Below are positions 50,835-60,024 of a DNA stretch of 64,000 nucleotides, piece after piece. The notes below the pieces were generated by a model. That model was given only the letters and a program-made list of their open reading frames with translations, made no database searches and was not told the origin of the DNA. This DNA is from Patescibacteria group bacterium (GTDB taxonomy: Bacteria; Patescibacteriota; CPR2; UBA1875). Position 1 is the first letter of the stretch. The number at the start of each line of letters is the position of its first letter. Location: positions 55,185 to 119,184 of the forward strand of contig JBGSRK010000005.1 of the NCBI GenBank assembly GCA_041737595.1, read 5' to 3'. The translations under genes were made by a program, and so were the position numbers.

Positions 50835-51527
50835 TTAATTATAAAATCTATGTTTCATTTTAGTAAGTTCTGATTCAGCATTTTGTCCAATCCAATGCTC
50901 TGTTTTATTTTGAGAATCTGAAAGATTTTTTGAGATCAAAAGTGCCTTTTTATATAGATATATATTTCGTGATTTACCTATTTGTCGAAGAGCCCAATTA
51001 ACTGCTTTACGGACAAAGTTTCGATCATCTTGAGCACTATTTTTAATCACTTCAAGTAACTGAACAAATATTGTGTTCGGAATATCTTTATTATGTACCG
51101 AAAGCCAAGCCATAATAACAAACCCAACTCTTTTTACAAATTCCTCTTCCCTCTTTGAATATTCAAAGGCTTTCTCTACGGCAAAGGATGTTTTATCAAA
51201 TAAATCACCACAAACAGTATCACAAACATCCCAAGAATTAATATCTAATACCCAGCTGTCCATTTGTTTACTCGTCACAAGTTCAGGAACATCTATCATC
51301 GCTGCAAGAAGAAATGTTTCACGATAACCTGATTCCCAAAGTTCTAGAGCTAAAATATGTCTATCTTCTTTTGAAAGTATTTTTTTTATTTCTTTTGCTT
51401 TGGAACGTATTTCAGGCTGAGAAACTCCAAATGATTTATTTGTATCAATGCCAAAACGAGCTTGCCCCTTGCGGTTATATTCTGTCCCTATGGATTTAAA
51501 ATATTTAATTATTTCTTTTGGTTTCAT
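50835..51527 (-). CDS. DNA alkylation repair protein (AlkD-like HEAT repeat)
   Basis: SWDVCD, EEFVKRVGF, FVRKAVNWALRQIGK. Confidence 0.88.
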   Translation of the reverse strand: MKPKEIIKYFKSIGTEYNRKGQARFGIDTNKSFGVSQPEIRSKAKEIKKILSKEDRHILALELWESGYRETFLLAAMIDVPELVTSKQMDSWVLDINSWDVCDTVCGDLFDKTSFAVEKAFEYSKREEEFVKRVGFVIMAWLSVHNKDIPNTIFVQLLEVIKNSAQDDRNFVRKAVNWALRQIGKSRNIYLYKKALLISKNLSDSQNKTEHWIGQNAESELTKMKHRFYN

Positions 51528-51574
51528 ATTATTATCTATTTTTTCTAAACCTCTTTTTTGTTATTCTTTTTTTT

Positions 51575-51673
51575 GTCATCCTGAGTGAAACGAAGGATCT
51601 AGATTCCTGCCTAAAACGTCCGAATGGCTCATCTGGACGAAGGGTATAGATTCTTCACTATGTTCAGAATGAC
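51575..51673. repeat. Composite palindromic repeat (GTCATCCTGAG..GAAGGATCT / AGATTCTTC..TCAGAATGAC arms with an inner hairpin)
   Basis: Arms match the copies at 62514-62572 and 59844-59870. Confidence 0.8.
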
Positions 51674-51703
51674 AATGCCTAGGTTTATTTTATCATAAAG
51701 GCG

Positions 51704-51733
51704 AAAGGCCTGCCGACACATGGTCGGCAGGCC
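51704..51733 (-). terminator. 3' hairpin of islet 8
   Basis: GGCCTGCCGAC-5 nt-GTCGGCAGGCC. Confidence 0.7.
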
Positions 51734-51754
51734 GAAAGATTCGCGTTCTTCTTG

Positions 51755-52153
51755 TTAGGAAACCTGTGATAGATCGTACAGATTATCCATCTGCACGATG
51801 AGCTCGATGGGCAAAACGGCCGAAATTGAGATGATGACTTCATTCAGACACACAACCCTTGCGATGAATTCAGGGTCATGTGTAATACTAGGGTCCTTCT
51901 GAATCTCAGAAATCAGCTCATTGATAGTTGCTCTTGCGATCACAACCGACTCCCCGCTTATCGGAGCAGACGGTTCGCCACAATGGCGACCATACTTGCA
52001 GATAACTCGCCGAAGATCATCTTGGTCACTAAATGGGATAGTCCCTCGCTCTGACTCGCTGCTGCAAGTCGATGGCACTGAACGCACAGAACTGTAACCA
52101 GAAATTGATGATGAGGTCATCCCCTCCCTGGGGCCACTCGGACACCGGCTCAT
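51755..52153 (-). CDS. Orphan hypothetical protein, Ser-rich N-terminus (islet 8)
   Basis: TAAGGGAGG SD before MSRCPSGP. Confidence 0.6.
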   Translation of the reverse strand: MSRCPSGPREGMTSSSISGYSSVRSVPSTCSSESERGTIPFSDQDDLRRVICKYGRHCGEPSAPISGESVVIARATINELISEIQKDPSITHDPEFIARVVCLNEVIISISAVLPIELIVQMDNLYDLSQVS

Positions 52154-52200
52154 AACTTCCTCCCTTACCCCGAAAACTGACAATAAGAACGATGTTTAGT

Positions 52201-52228
52201 ATTTTACTCTTAATTAAGAAAAGTTCAA
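52201..52228 (-). promoter_or_regulatory. Promoter of islet 8
   Basis: TTGAAC-16 nt-TAAAAT. Confidence 0.6.
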
Positions 52229-52240
52229 TAAATAGCTTAT

Positions 52241-55200
52241 TTAATTATTTCTACTAAACACATTAAATATCCAACCAATGCTTGCCTGTAATGACTTTAT
52301 AATAATATCAATAATTGATTCTGTGGCTTGGTCTGTAAGAACTGAGTTATCTTGTGATTGAGCCTTGTTTCCGGCATTATCATGTGAGATGACTCTAAAG
52401 TGATAAGGGCTTGATGCTTTAAGGTCAGAGATGATAATGACATGATTTTCAGAAAGAGACATATCTTCTTGAGTCTTAGCAGAGTATTCACCACCAGTAG
52501 CTCCAGCTCCATATTCAATTTGAGAAGAGGCAGGTTCATCGGTTACCCAAGAGATAATAACTTGGCCTTTAGCATCTATCCCATAACCTATAATAGAAGT
52601 TTCTGTGGTAATACCTGATATCTGAGGGGGTCTAGTATCAAACTCAGTTTTATATGTTTCTGAAATTGAGTCTGCTTCATTCCCGTATTGATCACGGGCA
52701 CTAGCAATAATATTGTATGAAGTATTATCTTTTAGACCTGATATTGTCATTTCATGGGATGTTTTAAGGTTGTATTGAGCTGATTCTTTACCACCATTCC
52801 CAGAAACATTAACATTTGCGGTTGTTGGAACATTAGATGAGAATTTAACTTTAACAGTTGATGTGGCAGTGTTTTTAACTTGTTCTACTTTATAGTTTGA
52901 GAGTCTTGGGAAGGTTAGAGTTGTGAAGACATAGTTATCTGATAGAAGGTTATTACCATCAACATCTGTACCTTGGATTTTAAAGTTGTAGGTAGTAGAG
53001 TCAGAAAGATCATTAATCTTTACAGTATGTGTTGTAACTGAAGAACCAGAGTTATCAACATATTGTTTGCCATAAGTAGTTGATGTTCCATAAAGAATTT
53101 TAGAAGTAGCAGATGAGGTTGTTTTCCAGGTTAGGATAGCAGATGTAAGTCTAATTTCAGAAACTTCTACATTTGAGATCCCGGGAGCAGCTTGAGTAGA
53201 GAAAGTAAAGTCAGATGAAAAGGCTGAGTTTGGATCATAATCACGCTCTGCATCAAGAGATTGAACTCGATAGTGATAAGTCACTCCAGGTGTAAGCCCT
53301 AGTATTTCAATTGAATGATCCGTCACAGCTTCTGTTGATTTAGATGCTTCTTGCCCATAACTTGTGGTTGTACCGTATTGGACAACGGTATTTGAGGCTC
53401 TGTTTGTGGTCCAAGATATCTTAACTGACATTGCTTTAGCATCAGAAGAAGGATCTGAGGTGAAGGTTGGAGGGACGGTGTATTTACCGGTAGGAATTTT
53501 ATGAACAATAGCTGTTGGATCGGAAGTGTTCCCAACATTGTCTTTTGACTTAACTCGATAAAAATATTCAGTGGCATTAGAAAGACCGGTATCAAGATAA
53601 CCAGTATTAGATTTTTCAATTGTGGCTCTTTCTACAAAGTTTATTCCATCTGTACTTCGTTCGATTACATAGTGAGAAAAATCAGTTGTTACTGTTTCTG
53701 GGACAACCCACATTAAAGTAAGAGCATATTGATTAGTATTTCTATTTGAAGTATCAGTAATTGAAATATCGAGAGGTACCCCCGGTGCAACAGTATTAAC
53801 AATAAATGAGGTTTGATTAAAATTATTCCAACCAACATTACCAAAATCATCTTTAGCAACAACATAGAATGTTTGATTTACGCCATTTGATTTTGCAAAA
53901 GGTCCAAAATCAGTATATGGGTCTTCGGTGTAGATTGAATTTTCTGATGATGGGACTGAATTAATAGAATAATAGTAACCTACTGTATTCCCAACTGCGG
54001 GTGGGTCCCAAGTAAATTTAAAGTTATTTATTGTTTGACCTTGTGATTGAGATAAATCAACTGAAAGATTTTGAGGAGCACCTACATTACCAGAGAAAAG
54101 ATAAGGCCAATTGACAGAGGTAGATTGGTTCCCTGCCATATCTACGGTTGCAAGTAAAAAGTAATTAACTCCTGTTTGATAATGATCAATATCAACTGTA
54201 TCTGGGTTAGCGTTTGCAATTCTTGTCCAATTATCTGTTCCATTATTTCTTTTATATTCATATCCATAAAGACCTGATTCTGCATCCGCGCCATCGGACC
54301 AGGTGAAAGTAAATGGATCGTCACTTGTCCAACCCGGTGGGGTTACACTAATGCTTGGAACAGGAGTCGGGGCGACATCATCAAACTTATATGTAAAGAG
54401 AGTTGTAACTTCCCCATCATCTGAAATATTACCAGCTTCGTCTTCTGATTGAACACGTAAATAGTAGTCTGTGCCAGTTTGAGGGCTTGAAAGTGTTTTT
54501 GTGGCATTGGGCTGTGCATCTGTTGTTACTTCCCCATCTGTTCTTGGAATAGCATTTGCATCAGAGCCAAAGTATACCCAGTGGCGTTTAATACTAGAGT
54601 TTGGTGGGAACGGGAGATCATTTGCTCCAGTCCATTCAAAGTATACTGTTGGACCATTATTATGTTGATTCCAATCATTATCTAAAAGATCAGCACCTAT
54701 TTCCGAACCTTCTTTTGCTGTAGCAACTGATGGCCCTTGTGGTGCATCAGTATCAACATGAATAGAAACAGCGTCAGATGGTACTGATTCTTGATTATCA
54801 CCATTTAAAACAACAACTGTCAGATTATCATGAAGACCATCTGTAAGATTTTGTGAATAATCACCATCCGAAAAACTAAAGACACCAGAACCATCAGCTG
54901 TAGTTTCTGCAACAACAGTTCCATCATCCTTCAATTTAACAGTTGAATTTGCAAAAGAAATATCAGGGTTACTTGAGTTTGTAATCACTGGGGTAACATC
55001 TTGAGTGTAAAGAGTTGGAGTATTAAGAGTTGGTTTAGGAGGAAGGGTGTAAGCAGAAAGAGAGCCATCAGTGTAAGAGGCTAAGATTTGTTCTGAGGTA
55101 CGAGCTACGTTAGAGATACGGACTTCGTCGATTTTCCCGTTTAGATATCCTGAACCTATACCAGTGTAGCCTAAATAGGTAGGGGCAGCGGTTTCTGGAA

Positions 55201-58200
55201 CCATTTGTGTAGCACTGGTACCCGCCTGAGAACCCAAAACTCCATTAACATATAACCTTTGATAAGTCCCGCCCTTAAAAACACCTACAATGTGATACCA
55301 GTTATCCTCGGGGTATTTAGTAATAAAATCTGCAATAGGAAGAATGTCAAGATTCACATCATGATATGTACTATCGTCATCACATACCGAAAATACCCAT
55401 TTTAAATTTCCACCTGTAGAATATGTTTTTAGAGAATATCCTTTTTGATTTGTCCCGTTCCATATATTCCAGTCGCTAACTATAGGGGTAGAAACCGCTG
55501 ACGCTGTGTTATATTGATCAATATAAACCCACGCCTCAACTGTTAGCTCTGTGACAGCGGCTGAGGGGACAGAAGAAGTCAGCACCTTATCATTTACCCC
55601 ATCAAAACTCAACGCATTATCAAACTTCCCAGCCACTTGTTTCTTTTCAGACATAAACCAGTCATCAACAATTACATCACCTGCCACAAATATATCAGTA
55701 CCTGAACTTGTATTAGCATCTGCTCTAATTAATTGAACATTAGAAAAATTTGGATTACCCACTTGACCCGTTCCATCAGATATATCCATTGTAAGCAAAT
55801 TCCAACCAACTGCTAACCCTGTAAATGTTTTATATTTAAGGTTGGAAACATCTGGTGCAAATATAAATATTTGGGCTGAAGGCAATTTGCTTAGGGTGGC
55901 CTCGTCTTTGATATACATCCATGTATTAAGATATCTATTTGTCATATTTGTAGCAGTAATATTTTTTTGTGCATACGATTCAGAAACTCCACTTGAACTT
56001 TTTATATAATTAATAGCACCGGTTCCTTCATGTTTAGTTGTAGTATTTAATGAAACTGTTGTCCCAGATGCACCTGTCCACCCAGTTGTCGAATCCATAG
56101 CATCAACCTGAATATCGCGCATATAACCAGTATTAGAATTTCCAGATGAATCAGTTGCAGTTATTCCACTTGTTTCATTCATGTGCCACAGACCTACGGT
56201 ATTTGCATCCGCACTATGTTCCCCACTCCAACCTGAAGTATTCCCTACTGCATCCTTTGCTCTGACTCTGTAGTAATATTTAGTGTTAGCCGCAAGAGAT
56301 GAATCTGTACAAGAAACCTCAGTTACAACACCAGCACAAGTTCCAGCAGCAGAAACCCAAGTTCCTGGTGATCCAGAAGAATCAGGGGCTCTTTGTACTT
56401 CATAAGTAGGTATTGGTCGCCCATCTTGGCCATCACTAGAATCGGCATCAGTTGAAGCAGTCCATGAAAGGGGTACAGAATCTGCTGTAACTGTTCCTAT
56501 TGTTAGTGCCGTTGGAACAGTTGGTGCAGTAATATCATAAGAATAAGCTAATGTAATATCATTAAGATATGGAGTAACTGCCCCATCTCCAGAAAGATTA
56601 GCTCTAACTTTAAGAGATGGATAAACTAATGGGTTAATACCAGAAAGATCAGCCGGAGATGCAGAAATCCCAGTATAACCAGTGATAGGGTTTCCAGTAG
56701 CACTATCTAAAACATCATAAGTAATAGTTTGGGAATTAAGATTATTAGTAAAAGAAAAGTTACCCCATCCGTATATTTTACCTAAATGAGCTGAAATAGA
56801 AGGGATTACTGCGGAAGCAAAGGTACCAGATGTTTTATAGCCCATTGAAACATAATTAGCAGCAGATTCGGCACCGTAGGAAACCCATGAATCACCGTTG
56901 AAAGTTGTTTTTTTAGTGGAATAATATGAGAGTTTAACCCAATCTGCGGGAGGAATCGTACTAAATACATTTATCTCATCTAATCTACCATTAAAAAATA
57001 ACCATGAATTTACATATCTACCGCCAAAAGCATCTACCCTCCCTGAACTATAGGAAGCACTTGGAGTCCAGTTCGTAGGATTCTGAGTCATTGAAGTTGT
57101 TTTAGATTGACCATTAATATAGAGCGTTCTTGTTTTATTTAAAAAATCTACTGTAATAAATATATGGTTCCATTGGTTTGCCACAAAACCTAAGCTGGAA
57201 GCCTGGATATGTGTATCCGATACTGGAGTAGTTGGAGTCCAGCTAAATGAAAGATTAGATAAATCCATTACAAGACCACCATATCCATGGCCACCAGAAG
57301 ATCCTGCTCCCATAGTATACCCACCACCACCAGAAGGCATATATGCCCAATAACTATAAGAAATTGATTGGTTTTGTCTTAAAGATGAGCTAGTGCCAAG
57401 GGTCGTATAATTACTTGTACCATTATAGGAGAAGGCTTTACCAACACTTCCGCTAGCCAAGTATGTCCAATTTGAACTATTTGTAGAGTTATTACTACCA
57501 ATTGAGTCAGTAGCAACACCAGAAGATTCCTCAAGGTGTTGTACCATCACATACCCATTTATCCAAACTCCCGTTCCATTATCCTGGTTTGCTCCCGTAT
57601 CATTCCCATAGGCAAGCTTAATTTTATCTGTTGTAGAATTGCCATCTACTTTTGGTACACGAACCCAATAAATAGCTTCTTGGGTAGCTTGATCATAATA
57701 TTCAACTTCATAATCAAGAGCAATTGATTCATCTGATTCCCAAAATTGGGCTCTTTTACCAGATGTATTCCAATCACCAAAGAAATGAGAGCGTTCAGTA
57801 GCATTTGGCATTGATGAAGAATTAACATGAACTGCCATTGGGAAATCATATTGAGCCGTTGAAATATTAGCACCTGTAGCTGATGTATTTAAAGTAATAT
57901 CTTTTTTATATGGCATTCGAGCAAGCCCACCATATTCGGTGATAGTGGGTTCTATTGAGGCATATTGCCTCACAAAAGACCAATCAACATATAGATCTGC
58001 GCCATAAACATTATCATAAACACTATAGTTTAACATATACGTCTGACCAGTATTAAAATTTTTATTCCAGGTATTTTTATGGCCATCATAATAACCACTT
58101 TGGCTCGCAGCAGTTATGTCCATTCTGTAACTATGAAGTGCACTATCCGTTACTGTTTTGCCCGTGAAACATAATGCAGACCCACCCCAAACACCCTCAT

Positions 58201-59872
58201 CATATACCTCAAGCCTAGGCATTGGGCTGGAGCATCGACCGTTGTAATACCCTCCCAAATATAAGGTGTCATTTGCCCCGCTAGAAGTTTTTACATTGAA
58301 ACTAGAGCCTTCATAGGTACCACTTGCTATATTTAATTTTTTAATAGAAGTTTCGGCAATTAATGGCATACTGAATGTTGTTTTAGATTTAATATTGTCG
58401 AGCGTTGATCGTTTTAAATTTAAAAAGCCACCGCTCTCAGTGGGTGCCCCACCCGTTACTGTCCATCTATTCGTCGTATCGAGAGAGCCATCATTAAAAT
58501 CATCAAAGAAGGTTGGGAATGTATTTGTACCGTTCCCTGAGCTCGTAGCACTCGAATTCCCATAATACATATAGATATCTTTATTTGTACTAGCCCCCAC
58601 ACTCGTCTTTACCCAAACTTTATAGCTCTTTTTACCTGTTAATGAATTATTAAAAGATTCTATCCAGTACGGAAGTTCTGTTTTCCCATCACTGTCAGTA
58701 AAGCGGATATCTAACCCATCAGATTTAATATTATTAAATATAAGCTGGTTTTGTTGTTGATATTCTTGCCAAATTTCAGTATCAGAAAGTGCTTTCTTGT
58801 TTAATTTTATTTCATCCAAATAACCTAACCAATAATTATTACTTCCTGCATATGACCCAATTGTGAAATTAACTGTGTTATCTATATTTGTACTCATATA
58901 GCCAGTATCCGTCTGTTTTTCAAATACACCGTCTATATATATACGCCAAATATTATTATTAATAGTTCCAGTAATAAAATGCCATTGGTTGTCATTTATT
59001 AATTTATCACTAATGACTTGTCTATATAACAACCCATCTCTTCCGTCAAGATAAAGTTTCCCATTATTCATATACATCATCCAACCACCAGGATTACTAT
59101 ATTTACCAACTATCCACCTATAATCACTAAACGATCCCTTAACCCAGCCGCTAATCGTAATCTGACTCCCAAATGAAAATGAATTATTATGAACGGTAGT
59201 AATATAATCTCCGCTCCCATCAAAATAAGCACCCTTATTATAACGACCTGCTACATTCTGATTTGTATTACCAACTAATGTTCCATTATTTCCATTCCAA
59301 CTAGAATCATAAGCTGTGCCAGAGGTTTCATCAAAATTCCAATGCCCCACTAAGTCTTTTTCGGAATCAACTGAAACCTGATAATCAGTTAATGGAGTAG
59401 CTGTAGTATTGTTTACATTTATCTTTTTACGATAGTTCCAATCACCTCCACCGTCATTAGAAAGTTTAGTTTCAGAAAGACCAACATCCCCATTTGCATT
59501 AGCAGATGATGTATTTGTGTAAGTCCCGTCACCTGAACCTGCAAAGGTTGTTTGTGACCAGTTCCCATTGGCTGCAAGTAACATCTCACGAGAAGGTACA
59601 AGATTTAAAATAGCAGAAAAAGCCATTATCCCAAAAGCAAACACAGCAGTTGCAACATGAATATGGTGTGAAAATTTGTAATCATGCCATTTTTTGTACC
59701 AATTAATTTTTGAAGCTTTAAGATGGAGATGGAAAGTTGTTTTAAACCTTAATTGATGAAACCCCTTAAAAAGGGACAGTCCCTTTTTAGAATTCCGTGT
59801 AAGGGTTGCACCCTTTTTAAAAGGGTGCAACCCTTTAAAGCCTAGATCCCTCGATTTCACTCGGGATGACAA
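52241..59872 (-). CDS. Giant surface protein: TM anchor, DUF2341, three LamG/ConA-like domains, multiple FN3/Ig-like repeats
   Basis: LVGHWNFDE..GYLDEIK, DIRFTDSDG..LPYWIE, YYYRVRAKDAVGN, VQYGTTTSYG repeats. Confidence 0.9.
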   Translation of the reverse strand: MSSRVKSRDLGFKGLHPFKKGATLTRNSKKGLSLFKGFHQLRFKTTFHLHLKASKINWYKKWHDYKFSHHIHVATAVFAFGIMAFSAILNLVPSREMLLAANGNWSQTTFAGSGDGTYTNTSSANANGDVGLSETKLSNDGGGDWNYRKKINVNNTTATPLTDYQVSVDSEKDLVGHWNFDETSGTAYDSSWNGNNGTLVGNTNQNVAGRYNKGAYFDGSGDYITTVHNNSFSFGSQITISGWVKGSFSDYRWIVGKYSNPGGWMMYMNNGKLYLDGRDGLLYRQVISDKLINDNQWHFITGTINNNIWRIYIDGVFEKQTDTGYMSTNIDNTVNFTIGSYAGSNNYWLGYLDEIKLNKKALSDTEIWQEYQQQNQLIFNNIKSDGLDIRFTDSDGKTELPYWIESFNNSLTGKKSYKVWVKTSVGASTNKDIYMYYGNSSATSSGNGTNTFPTFFDDFNDGSLDTTNRWTVTGGAPTESGGFLNLKRSTLDNIKSKTTFSMPLIAETSIKKLNIASGTYEGSSFNVKTSSGANDTLYLGGYYNGRCSSPMPRLEVYDEGVWGGSALCFTGKTVTDSALHSYRMDITAASQSGYYDGHKNTWNKNFNTGQTYMLNYSVYDNVYGADLYVDWSFVRQYASIEPTITEYGGLARMPYKKDITLNTSATGANISTAQYDFPMAVHVNSSSMPNATERSHFFGDWNTSGKRAQFWESDESIALDYEVEYYDQATQEAIYWVRVPKVDGNSTTDKIKLAYGNDTGANQDNGTGVWINGYVMVQHLEESSGVATDSIGSNNSTNSSNWTYLASGSVGKAFSYNGTSNYTTLGTSSSLRQNQSISYSYWAYMPSGGGGYTMGAGSSGGHGYGGLVMDLSNLSFSWTPTTPVSDTHIQASSLGFVANQWNHIFITVDFLNKTRTLYINGQSKTTSMTQNPTNWTPSASYSSGRVDAFGGRYVNSWLFFNGRLDEINVFSTIPPADWVKLSYYSTKKTTFNGDSWVSYGAESAANYVSMGYKTSGTFASAVIPSISAHLGKIYGWGNFSFTNNLNSQTITYDVLDSATGNPITGYTGISASPADLSGINPLVYPSLKVRANLSGDGAVTPYLNDITLAYSYDITAPTVPTALTIGTVTADSVPLSWTASTDADSSDGQDGRPIPTYEVQRAPDSSGSPGTWVSAAGTCAGVVTEVSCTDSSLAANTKYYYRVRAKDAVGNTSGWSGEHSADANTVGLWHMNETSGITATDSSGNSNTGYMRDIQVDAMDSTTGWTGASGTTVSLNTTTKHEGTGAINYIKSSSGVSESYAQKNITATNMTNRYLNTWMYIKDEATLSKLPSAQIFIFAPDVSNLKYKTFTGLAVGWNLLTMDISDGTGQVGNPNFSNVQLIRADANTSSGTDIFVAGDVIVDDWFMSEKKQVAGKFDNALSFDGVNDKVLTSSVPSAAVTELTVEAWVYIDQYNTASAVSTPIVSDWNIWNGTNQKGYSLKTYSTGGNLKWVFSVCDDDSTYHDVNLDILPIADFITKYPEDNWYHIVGVFKGGTYQRLYVNGVLGSQAGTSATQMVPETAAPTYLGYTGIGSGYLNGKIDEVRISNVARTSEQILASYTDGSLSAYTLPPKPTLNTPTLYTQDVTPVITNSSNPDISFANSTVKLKDDGTVVAETTADGSGVFSFSDGDYSQNLTDGLHDNLTVVVLNGDNQESVPSDAVSIHVDTDAPQGPSVATAKEGSEIGADLLDNDWNQHNNGPTVYFEWTGANDLPFPPNSSIKRHWVYFGSDANAIPRTDGEVTTDAQPNATKTLSSPQTGTDYYLRVQSEDEAGNISDDGEVTTLFTYKFDDVAPTPVPSISVTPPGWTSDDPFTFTWSDGADAESGLYGYEYKRNNGTDNWTRIANANPDTVDIDHYQTGVNYFLLATVDMAGNQSTSVNWPYLFSGNVGAPQNLSVDLSQSQGQTINNFKFTWDPPAVGNTVGYYYSINSVPSSENSIYTEDPYTDFGPFAKSNGVNQTFYVVAKDDFGNVGWNNFNQTSFIVNTVAPGVPLDISITDTSNRNTNQYALTLMWVVPETVTTDFSHYVIERSTDGINFVERATIEKSNTGYLDTGLSNATEYFYRVKSKDNVGNTSDPTAIVHKIPTGKYTVPPTFTSDPSSDAKAMSVKISWTTNRASNTVVQYGTTTSYGQEASKSTEAVTDHSIEILGLTPGVTYHYRVQSLDAERDYDPNSAFSSDFTFSTQAAPGISNVEVSEIRLTSAILTWKTTSSATSKILYGTSTTYGKQYVDNSGSSVTTHTVKINDLSDSTTYNFKIQGTDVDGNNLLSDNYVFTTLTFPRLSNYKVEQVKNTATSTVKVKFSSNVPTTANVNVSGNGGKESAQYNLKTSHEMTISGLKDNTSYNIIASARDQYGNEADSISETYKTEFDTRPPQISGITTETSIIGYGIDAKGQVIISWVTDEPASSQIEYGAGATGGEYSAKTQEDMSLSENHVIIISDLKASSPYHFRVISHDNAGNKAQSQDNSVLTDQATESIIDIIIKSLQASIGWIFNVFSRNN
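59768..59870. repeat. Cluster of palindromes within the 5' end of the giant gene
   Basis: AAAAAGGGAC-A-GTCCCTTTTT; AAGGGTTGCACCCTTTT-T-AAAAGGGTGCAACCCTT; half GTCATCC element. Confidence 0.75.
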
Positions 59873-60024
59873 TACTAAAGTACGAGATATTTTCTTGAAT
59901 ATCCCAAAAATCGGGTTAGGTCTGTTTGAATAATTTCTGATGCCCTCACTCCCCCTTAAACTATACTTAAATTATCTTACTTTCATAAAACAAAATCAAG
60001 TAAATAATTCTTCTAAAAAATTAC

